Position numbers and translations under genes: made by a program. Shown in pieces: positions 16,037-23,239 of a stretch of 32,000 bases of DNA; the first letter of the stretch is position 1, and each line of letters begins with the position of its first letter. Source of the stretch: Nitrososphaerota archaeon (GTDB taxonomy: Archaea; Thermoproteota; Nitrososphaeria; Nitrososphaerales; UBA57). The notes under the pieces were generated by a model. The model saw only the letters and a list, made by a program, of their open reading frames with translations. It ran no database searches and was not told the DNA's origin. The stretch is from assembly GCA_016871995.1 (NCBI GenBank), contig VHBL01000004.1, positions 30,001 through 62,000 on the forward strand. Reading direction: 5' to 3'.

Positions 16037-18456
16037 TATGGCGCGCCTCCTGGCTTAACTCTAAGCTTCCTTCTAACAACGGGATCCAAGTCTATGGCCC
16101 TTAGTAGTTCCCTGTTACCCACCATCGACGTATGTATGCTGCTTACTCCTGCTGCTCCTGCAAGTAATTTGATCTCTTTCTGCAGACCGAATATCAGATT
16201 CTCTAGACGTGCCTGTGCTTTATCGAGGTCGAACTTTTGCGCCATGCTCCTCTCGTAGCCGAGTGCTATCAGTGCGGCTTTGGTGATGCCAACTGCGTCG
16301 GCGCCTAATGCGATGAGCTTGAAAATGTCATCAGCCCCTCTGACCCTGCTTCCAAATGCTAAAAGATCAATAGATGCTCTTAGCGGTTCATCTTCAACTC
16401 TATCCTCTCTGAGCGCCATATCTATCTGGGAGAGTGCCACTTCAAGGTCAGTTCTCCACCCATCTATGGAAAAGTCCAAGTCTACTATAATGCCGACAAT
16501 GGGTTTCCTAGCTATAAGGCCAATTTTCGGAATCATTTCTTCTGATGCAGGAACCCTAACGTATATGGGAATGTTGTCATGTTTCTTTCTTAGCCGCTTT
16601 ATCGTGTCTTCCCAGTCGCCTTCAATGCCCGGATAGTTTACGACAAATGCTGCAGGAGGATTTTCAATTTTTCTTGCAAGGTATTCGTTTCCATCTACGA
16701 TAAGGCGTTTCCCATATTTCTGCAGAATTTCGCTTGTGGGATCGTCTTCATCAAAGAGCAGACCCATCGCATAAGCTCCCTGTGCAAACAGCGCATGAAC
16801 ACTCTTAGGTTCCATTGGTAGTCTAGCGAAGATTATCTGGTTGGAAAGTCTGATCTTCCCTCTAGCCAAATAACACGATGTTTCTATTTCTTCTCGATAA
16901 GGGTCTATGCTAGGCCTTGTCACCTGTGCGCCATCAGTCCTTAGCCAATCGCAAATTGCCCTAGGATCGCCTATGAATGGCGCTGATATCGTCCCCATAC
17001 TGGATATTACTGCCTCTGAAGCTCCTTTACCTCTGGTACCTGCCAGTTCTTGCAGGTTGTCCCTTCTTGTTTCAGTCCAATAGCTCTCATCATCGTACTG
17101 CTTTCTTGTAGACATGTGTCCTATTAGAGGGTAGCTTCCACTTTCTGTCTTGATGTCTAGAACCTTGGAGGTTTCATCGTTCATTGAATATCCCCGCAGA
17201 AGGTCTCTCCTTCCAACCAAATCTTCTGCCCTGTTCAATCCCAGCTCTCTCAAGATGAACTGCAATTCCTCCTTCCAGCCAAGGACAAGGTTGGTGACCC
17301 ACATCGCTGCTGTATCAAGGTCAAGCTTTCTCAAGGCACTCAGATCGATCTTATTTGTTAGCAGTGCTGGGCAGAAGCCAAGATGGCACTTGTGAACCAT
17401 TAGGCAGCCCATCGCAATTAGAGCCCCCGTACCTATGCTCACAACGTCAGCACCAAGGGCCATGAGCTTTGCTGAATCCTCGGCACTGCTGACCATGCCA
17501 GCTGCTATCACGGTGAACCCCTTTCGAAGTCCTTGCTCCCTGAGCACCTTATCAACAGACGCAACGCATAGATCGATCGGCAGACCTACATTGTCTTTAA
17601 CTACTGTAGGTGCAGCACCAGTTCCTGCCCCCTGCCCATCCATTATTATTCCGTCTGCCCCCATTCTGGCAATTCCTGAAGCTATGTACGGGATATAGTT
17701 TGTTACACCAACCTTGACAAACACCGGTTTACCCGTAGCTTCCTTGAGGGCCCAGATTCTCTGTCCCAGATCTTCAATTGAATATATGTCGTGGTGAGGA
17801 GCTGGGGATATAGCATCTCTCCCTGATGGAATTCTCCTTGCCAGTGAAATGGGTTCAGTGACCTTGGGTCCTGGTAAATGGCCTCCTATGCCAGGTTTTG
17901 CTCCCTGACCTATTTTGATTACGATGCCCATACCAGTATTCAGAACGTTGATATCAACTCCGAAGCGTGCAGAAGCCCATTGCACCGTAATCCTTTTGCA
18001 GGCAGCAACATCAGGGTGAAGTCCTCCTTCTCCTGTACCTGTGAGCACTCCTGCATTGTCAGCTGCACGTGCAAGCGCAATATTGGGAATGCCGCTCAGA
18101 GCACCAAAAGACATGTCCCCAAGGTATAATGGCACGTCAAGGTCTATCCTTCCGTAGGCGATTTTTGTGGAACTACTAATGTCCTTTATCAGAGCATGAT
18201 TGTTTTTGTTCTTAGCAATTCCTTCATTGGCCTTAATCGGGTTGACATCATGGAATGCTACTCTGTCAAGAGCCCTTTGACTTCCAGAATGGTCAGAGAA
18301 TAATCTAAACGCATGAGCCGTGGTGGCAAGTGCTCTGATGTGCTCTATCCTGTCCCTATTCCAAAACTCTTTTTCTGGACGCTCTGGAATACGCTGGTAT
18401 GAAGCTATTAGACCAGCGCGAGGGGGGACAGCAACCTTCGCCTCTACCTTTTCCAA
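16036..18456 (-). CDS. gltB: Archaeal-type glutamate synthase FMN/Fe-S subunit with an extra degenerate barrel-like C-terminal half
   Basis: 806 aa. The first half carries LYLGDMSFGALS, IKIGQGAKPGIGGHLPG, SPAPHHDIYSIEDL, DGQGAGTGAAP and the cluster motif GCLMVHKCHLGFCP. The second half repeats the ...GADAVGITKAALIALG ending but lacks the GGTGA-type motif. TTG start. Confidence 0.85.
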   Translation of the reverse strand: MEKVEAKVAVPPRAGLIASYQRIPERPEKEFWNRDRIEHIRALATTAHAFRLFSDHSGSQRALDRVAFHDVNPIKANEGIAKNKNNHALIKDISSSTKIAYGRIDLDVPLYLGDMSFGALSGIPNIALARAADNAGVLTGTGEGGLHPDVAACKRITVQWASARFGVDINVLNTGMGIVIKIGQGAKPGIGGHLPGPKVTEPISLARRIPSGRDAISPAPHHDIYSIEDLGQRIWALKEATGKPVFVKVGVTNYIPYIASGIARMGADGIIMDGQGAGTGAAPTVVKDNVGLPIDLCVASVDKVLREQGLRKGFTVIAAGMVSSAEDSAKLMALGADVVSIGTGALIAMGCLMVHKCHLGFCPALLTNKIDLSALRKLDLDTAAMWVTNLVLGWKEELQFILRELGLNRAEDLVGRRDLLRGYSMNDETSKVLDIKTESGSYPLIGHMSTRKQYDDESYWTETRRDNLQELAGTRGKGASEAVISSMGTISAPFIGDPRAICDWLRTDGAQVTRPSIDPYREEIETSCYLARGKIRLSNQIIFARLPMEPKSVHALFAQGAYAMGLLFDEDDPTSEILQKYGKRLIVDGNEYLARKIENPPAAFVVNYPGIEGDWEDTIKRLRKKHDNIPIYVRVPASEEMIPKIGLIARKPIVGIIVDLDFSIDGWRTDLEVALSQIDMALREDRVEDEPLRASIDLLAFGSRVRGADDIFKLIALGADAVGITKAALIALGYERSMAQKFDLDKAQARLENLIFGLQKEIKLLAGAAGVSSIHTSMVGNRELLRAIDLDPVVRRKLRVKPGGAP

Positions 18457-18487
18457 ACTATTTCGGAATTTGCCGAGGAGAACTAAC

Positions 18488-18496
18488 TATTTATAA
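18488..18496 (-). promoter_or_regulatory. Candidate TATA box (TTATAAATA on the minus strand) for the glutamate synthase operon
   Basis: It lies in the 88-nt divergent gap, centred about 36 nt upstream of the TTG at 18456. A second A/T box (ATTATAG, 18521-18527) lies about 21 nt upstream of the regulator ATG. Confidence 0.3.
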
Positions 18497-18544
18497 CCCT
18501 TATGCACTATATCTGTCCAGATTATAGCAAAAAGTGATTGACAT

Positions 18545-19141
18545 ATGCACAAACTGGACGAACAGGAGATAAAAATTGTAAAGACTCTGATAAGGAATCC
18601 TAGGATTTCGGACAACCAGATCGGTAAACAGACTGGAGTGTCGGTTAGAACCGTTAACAGGAAGAGGAAGAAGCTGGAACAAGAAGGACTATTAAGTTAT
18701 TACACGAACCTTGACATGAGCAGTGAAGGTACTGGACAGCTGCTTGCAAGACATATCTATCTGATAAAGTTCAGACTAGGGATCTCACAGGAGAAGATAA
18801 TCAACGAAGTGAAGGAAGAACCTAATGTTAGAACCATTTACACCGAAATGATCTACGGGTCGCACCTTGCAGAAATTGATGGGCATACAGCATTGGTCAT
18901 GATAATAGAAGGGATGACTGATGATCAGATTAACATTGGTTTCAACTCAAAGATAGTCCCAGCTATGGAGAAGAACCACGGCAAGGGTTGCATAGAGCAG
19001 GTTCAGACAATAAGGCTAGGTAGAACGATAAGACTCTTCCATAATTACCTTCCAATGGTCAACATGAGCAAGGGCTTCATCAAGAGCACTTGGAGCGACG
19101 AAGCCATATTTGTAGGACCTTCAAAGCCTAAAGAAACGTAA
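18545..19141 (+). CDS. Lrp/AsnC-family-like HTH transcriptional regulator (long form)
   Basis: 198 aa. The N-terminal motif LDEQEIKIVKTLIRNPRISDNQIGKQTGVSVRTVNRKRKKLEQEGLL is followed by a RAM-like alpha/beta segment. It is transcribed divergently from gltB. Confidence 0.7.
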   Translation: MHKLDEQEIKIVKTLIRNPRISDNQIGKQTGVSVRTVNRKRKKLEQEGLLSYYTNLDMSSEGTGQLLARHIYLIKFRLGISQEKIINEVKEEPNVRTIYTEMIYGSHLAEIDGHTALVMIIEGMTDDQINIGFNSKIVPAMEKNHGKGCIEQVQTIRLGRTIRLFHNYLPMVNMSKGFIKSTWSDEAIFVGPSKPKET

Positions 19142-19231
19142 ATTAGAATTATGTAGGATTTCATGTTGGGTAAATGATCTCTTCAAGGGCTTTCGCTACC
19201 TTAAAGCAACTACGTTTTCTGATGCATGGGC

Positions 19232-19879
19232 TTACTCAGAGCTAGCCAACTTGGTAATGCAGGAGACTGCTTGTGGGACTGAAAACCTTGCCATGTTGAT
19301 AATTATGGAATAGTGTTGATTGTCATTCCAGTCCACCTTGTAGAACCTCCGAAGGTATTGAGCCGTGGCAGCATCCCTTTCTTTGATTATCTTTGCTGCC
19401 TCTATTATGCCAATTTTTTTGTCGTTCATTAATTTCCTGACTCGGTACTCATATGGCGCAATAATTTTTGCATGTAGTGTGTCAGGGAAGTCCTTTAGTA
19501 ATGCCTGCCCGCCTCTTCCTACTACAACGAGCCTTCCTTTCTTCGCTAGTTCCTTGATGATTGTGCCCTCTATGTTTATGCAGGTCTCCTCGTTAAGGGT
19601 TCTTGCAGTCTGAACCAGACTAGAGCCGATAGATGGAGATTCCACAACTGTGATTATTTTTGTGTCTGAGAATATCGATTCGACAAGACCTCTTATCCTA
19701 TAGTCGTCCTCAGAGATATCGCACACTTCTGCCTCATAGATGTTTATCCCTAGTCTTTGGGCCTGCGCACCTAGAAGTTTTCTGTCAAGATGGTTAAAAC
19801 CTAGCTCTTCTGCAACCCTTTTTGCGACTATGTCACCATCGGTCCCTATTTCCCTTGAGACGGTTATGACCTGTCTCAT
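19232..19879 (-). CDS. Cytidylate kinase-like family protein (Cytidylate_kin2-type, degenerate P-loop)
   Basis: 215 aa. ITVSREIGTDGDIVAKRVAEELG, VVVGRGGQALL and the C-terminal YLRRFYKVDW...HYSIIIN follow the pattern of that family as I remember it. Confidence 0.75.
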   Translation of the reverse strand: MRQVITVSREIGTDGDIVAKRVAEELGFNHLDRKLLGAQAQRLGINIYEAEVCDISEDDYRIRGLVESIFSDTKIITVVESPSIGSSLVQTARTLNEETCINIEGTIIKELAKKGRLVVVGRGGQALLKDFPDTLHAKIIAPYEYRVRKLMNDKKIGIIEAAKIIKERDAATAQYLRRFYKVDWNDNQHYSIIINMARFSVPQAVSCITKLASSE

Positions 19880-20009
19880 AGTTGCTATAGTGATGTACAG
19901 AGATATTAGTGTTGTTTTAGAATGAAACTAACATAGCTTTCTGTCGAACTTTAATTAGCCAACACAATTTGGGTATACGCATAAATTCAGCAAGAGGGGA
20001 ATTGTCTAT

Positions 20010-20480
20010 ATGGAGAAGGCTACATTTGGTGCTGGTTGTTTCTGGCATGTTGAAGATGCCTTCATGCGATTAAAAGGAGTGAAACATACTATGGTGGGCT
20101 ACATGGGCGGTTCAATGAAGAATCCAACTTATGAAGATGTTTGTACGGACATGACCGGCCATGTTGAAGTAGTCCAAGTTGAATACGATCCATCGCAGGT
20201 TTCCTATAAGGAGCTACTGGGCGTCTTCTGGTCCATACATGATCCAACTACGATTAACAGGCAAGGGCCAGATATCGGTACCCAATATAGATCGGTAATA
20301 TTCGTGCATAACAAGAATCAGGAGGCTGCTGCTAAAGCTTCAAAAAAGAAACTCCAATCTTCAGATAAATACAAGAGGGATATTGTAACTGCAATAGAGC
20401 CGGCTTCAGAATTCCATAAGGCCGAAGAGTATCATCAGCAGTATTACGAGAAGCAAAGGTGTCTACGCATACAGCATTAA
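20010..20480 (+). CDS. msrA: Peptide methionine-S-sulfoxide reductase
   Basis: 156 aa with the GAGCFWHVE active-site motif, [17 protein letters not shown] and YHQQY. Confidence 0.95.
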   Translation: MEKATFGAGCFWHVEDAFMRLKGVKHTMVGYMGGSMKNPTYEDVCTDMTGHVEVVQVEYDPSQVSYKELLGVFWSIHDPTTINRQGPDIGTQYRSVIFVHNKNQEAAAKASKKKLQSSDKYKRDIVTAIEPASEFHKAEEYHQQYYEKQRCLRIQH

Positions 20481-20532
20481 CCTAACATGTGAGCTGTAAG
20501 GTTCAATAGGCTCCAATATTGCCAATGTCGGC

Positions 20533-20829
20533 ATGGCATACTTTATCCGCCTTGTTAGGTTCACGCCAGAAGGCTTGCGAGAGCTAAAACAATTTCGAGA
20601 AAGACGCATGCAGTTCTTAGAAACCTGTAAAAAGCTCGGCATATCAGTCGTTGCTGAATACATAACAAGCGGTGCTTATGATGTGGTGACTATACTCGAA
20701 GCACATAACCTCGATACTATACTGCAGCTTAACGCGATAACCGGCTCTAAGGGCAGAACAACTGGTATTACACTCTCTGCAATTACGGCAAAGGACTTCG
20801 AAAGGGTAGCAGATTCTATTAACGTTTAG
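20533..20829 (+). CDS. GYD-domain protein
   Basis: 98 aa. It begins MAYFIRLVRFTPEG, and the SGAYDVV motif corresponds to the eponymous GxYD signature. Confidence 0.8.
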   Translation: MAYFIRLVRFTPEGLRELKQFRERRMQFLETCKKLGISVVAEYITSGAYDVVTILEAHNLDTILQLNAITGSKGRTTGITLSAITAKDFERVADSINV

Positions 20830-20919
20830 AGTAATTTGAGGTGCTATAATAACCGTTAAATCCAGCCAATTTGCCCAGTAACTAGGGATTTTAGCTCTCT
20901 GGCTAAAGATGACGAGATA

Positions 20920-21654
20920 TTGAAAACAAGTACCAAACTATTATTGCTGGTTCTGATTGTAGTCGTAGGTGCTGCGGGTTTTATCTTTCTATCTACCCCA
21001 ATTCAAAAACCAGCAACACCCGCTGCTGTAGCGCCTTCGCAACAAAATGCCCCTAAGGCTGCAACGCCAGCTTTCTCCCAGAAGAAAATCTTTGACTTTG
21101 ATAATGATCAGGTAGGTGCAATTCCATCGTATCTTAAAGCGGACAAGACGGGGCAAGGTACAAGAAGCGAATGGTCTATCATGAACGATCCTACAGCTCC
21201 CAGTCCTGCAAACGTTTTAGCTCAAACATCAGACGAAAAAATTCAAGTGCACTTTCCATTAGCAATCTTAAGCAACGAAAAATACAAAGATCTAAACGTT
21301 AGTGTGTCTTTCAAAACAGTATCCGGTACCATAGACCGATCTGGAGGTATTGTATTTAGGTTCAATGATGCAAACAATTACTATCTGCTTAGGGCAAGCG
21401 CTACAGAAAATGATGTAGTTTTGTACAGGTATGTGGGGGGTAGAAGCTCTATCATAGCTTCAACTAGTGTCATGGTAAGCATAGGCAGCTGGCATACTTT
21501 GAGCGTTGTTGCAATAGGCGAATCAATAGAAGGATACTTGGATGGCAAGCGAGTCGTAGAAGTCAGGGATGCTACCTTTCTTTTAGGATCTGTAGGGCTA
21601 CGGACAAAGGCGGATTCTGTCACATATTTCGATAACTTCGTGATAGCCTACTAG
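20920..21654 (+). CDS. Membrane-anchored extracellular protein with concanavalin-A-like (DUF1080/LamG-like) domain
   Basis: 244 aa with a TTG start. It has an N-terminal anchor (LLLLVLIVVVGAAGFIF), a Pro/Ala linker, then a jelly-roll-like region (GGIVFRFNDANNYY, WHTLSVVAIG, GYLDGKRV, GSVGLRT, YFDNF). Confidence 0.6.
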   Translation: MKTSTKLLLLVLIVVVGAAGFIFLSTPIQKPATPAAVAPSQQNAPKAATPAFSQKKIFDFDNDQVGAIPSYLKADKTGQGTRSEWSIMNDPTAPSPANVLAQTSDEKIQVHFPLAILSNEKYKDLNVSVSFKTVSGTIDRSGGIVFRFNDANNYYLLRASATENDVVLYRYVGGRSSIIASTSVMVSIGSWHTLSVVAIGESIEGYLDGKRVVEVRDATFLLGSVGLRTKADSVTYFDNFVIAY

Positions 21655-22877
21655 AGTAAGAGCGCCGCTGATGCCACACTAGAAGGTTTGGTGTATACTT
21701 TAACATCCACCCATCTTGCTTCAGCCATGGGGAAATTGTGTTCACATTTCCTACATTTTAGGTTCGATTTTGGTTCTGCAAATAGGTTCCCGCAGTTCTT
21801 GCAACTACTCCTTTTCGTCCTGTAATCTAGACCGTTTATCTTAATTTCCTTCCTGCATTTTGGACATATGCCGTCTTTGTATTCATATTCTGCGCTTACA
21901 TTGCCACATCGATAGTGCTCAATCAGAGTTGTAGAGATAAAATCTGCAGCTCCGCATTTAAGGCACTTCCCCAGTTCGTGCAGAAGGAAAGAGGCACATT
22001 TTGGACAGCCCACCCTTTTCGCAGGTTCGCTATCTTCGAAAAAGCCCTCCTCTGTCAACTTCTGGAGCGCTTTCTCTACTTCATCAACATTTTTCATGTA
22101 GTTACTTGCAATCTCAAGGGCCGTAAAGTGATCAGGAAGTCTGTCTATTTCCATGCGAATGGTATCAGGTAAATTCCTTGGGTGTGCTTGTTGAATTCCT
22201 CCAGCAGATATGTCGAATTCTATCCATTCTGTAGAAGGTTTTTGGCTCCTGCTAATTCGTGTTCTCACATACCTCTTCAATCCTGTGGGTGTTTCCTTAA
22301 GAGCCATGTCAATTGCACCGTCTGCCAAAAAAAGAAGCAACATCTCGAGTTTATTGTCTAACAACTGAGGAACAAGTAGGAATAATGCCTTGGCTCTATC
22401 TTGCCTCATGTGGGCAATTACCGTCTGCATGAACTTGTACCCTGCTTCTGGCGAAGAATACGCAAGAATTGAGCTGATATCGTCAAATACTAATTGATAT
22501 TCCTGCATGTTCCCCTTTGCCTTCAGAATTGCAGTAAAGAGTTCTGCCAAACCTCCATTAAGACCAAGGGTCAAGTTTGCAGAAGAGGAATTTCCGGTAA
22601 TGCCAGAATAACAATCGACGATCGTCAGTAAACCGTTTGAAATCGCTTGTTGCATGTCGAAGCCCAAGCCACCCGCTTGTCTCACGAGTGTCTGGGGAGA
22701 TGTTGTAGTAAGCACGTATATGCAAGGTTTGTTCAACTTCAGGCCCTCAAAGGCAAAATGTAACCCAAATACCGACTTTCCTGCTCCATTTGGACCTAGT
22801 ACTATGAATGAACCGTAGGCTCCGTCAAGTATCTGCTTTAATTCCAGAGACCTGTAAAGGAAAGACGTTTGGTTCAT
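21651..22877 (-). CDS. KaiC/RecA-superfamily ATPase fused to a helical (wHTH-like) segment and a multi-CxxC zinc-ribbon tail
   Basis: It has Walker A GPNGAGKS and Walker B-like QLVFDDIS. The tail carries CPKC-x10-CLKC, HYRCG, CPKC-x17-CKNC and CRKC. I prefer the ATG at 22877. The longest ORF starts at GTG 22886, inside the palindrome. Confidence 0.75.
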   Translation of the reverse strand: MNQTSFLYRSLELKQILDGAYGSFIVLGPNGAGKSVFGLHFAFEGLKLNKPCIYVLTTTSPQTLVRQAGGLGFDMQQAISNGLLTIVDCYSGITGNSSSANLTLGLNGGLAELFTAILKAKGNMQEYQLVFDDISSILAYSSPEAGYKFMQTVIAHMRQDRAKALFLLVPQLLDNKLEMLLLFLADGAIDMALKETPTGLKRYVRTRISRSQKPSTEWIEFDISAGGIQQAHPRNLPDTIRMEIDRLPDHFTALEIASNYMKNVDEVEKALQKLTEEGFFEDSEPAKRVGCPKCASFLLHELGKCLKCGAADFISTTLIEHYRCGNVSAEYEYKDGICPKCRKEIKINGLDYRTKRSSCKNCGNLFAEPKSNLKCRKCEHNFPMAEARWVDVKVYTKPSSVASAALLL

Positions 22878-22885
22878 TTTTTCCA

Positions 22886-22903
22886 CTACCTATGCATAGG
22901 TAG
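22886..22903. promoter_or_regulatory. 18-bp perfect palindrome CTACCTATGCATAGGTAG (candidate operator or 5'-UTR hairpin)
   Basis: I checked base by base that it is its own reverse complement. It ends 9 nt upstream of the ATG at 22877 and covers the alternative GTG. Confidence 0.35.
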
Positions 22904-22978
22904 GCAGGGGTATTGTCTTTTTTTCCGATTTTCCGCAAAAACCCTTTTGGGGGTTAGGGGGTGATAATTGGTCTGGCC

Positions 22979-22986
22979 TTTATATA
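22979..22986. promoter_or_regulatory. Strong TATA-box-like element TTTATATA (orientation ambiguous)
   Basis: It matches the archaeal TATA consensus on the plus strand and reads TATATAAA on the minus strand. It lies about 100 nt upstream of the KaiC-like start. No clear BRE is present on either side. Confidence 0.35.
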
Positions 22987-23022
22987 CTGCTGAACTTGAA
23001 CGTGTTCTATCAGATAAAGAAA

Positions 23023-23217
23023 CTAGTTATGCGTTAGATTTGTGCAGACCTGTGTCTCCCCATTTTGCTTCTGTAGGAAAGTTATACCTATTTCGGTTAA
23101 CTTGTCGCATCTAAAGTTTTCAGAGGATCGGACGTGTTGGAGTAACTGACAGGTTGCCTTGTCAAGATTCCTTTCTGCACTTCCAGTTATCATATTACCA
23201 CTTTCAACTATATCCAT
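23023..23217 (-). CDS. Hypothetical small protein (64 aa), doubtful
   Basis: An ATG lies 23 nt after the stop of the 23240..23959 gene. The translation is MDIVESGNMITGSAERNLDKATCQLLQHVRSSENFRCDKLTEIGITFLQKQNGETQVCTNLTHN. It has no recognisable motif and no SD box. Confidence 0.25.
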   Translation of the reverse strand: MDIVESGNMITGSAERNLDKATCQLLQHVRSSENFRCDKLTEIGITFLQKQNGETQVCTNLTHN

Positions 23218-23239
23218 GATTCTTGCTGTGTTTGGTATC

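Noticed and set aside
22949-22961. GGGGGTTAGGGGG as a G-quadruplex or telomere-like repeat
   Set aside because: There are only two long G-runs, whereas four are needed for an intramolecular quadruplex. It is a single TTAGGG-like unit, not a repeat array.
22961-22993. Possible C/D-box sRNA (GTGATAA ... CTGA)
   Set aside because: The C-box is imperfect (GUGAUAA, not RUGAUGA). The 22-nt C-to-D spacing does not fit the C-D'-C'-D layout. No second box pair or terminal stem is visible.
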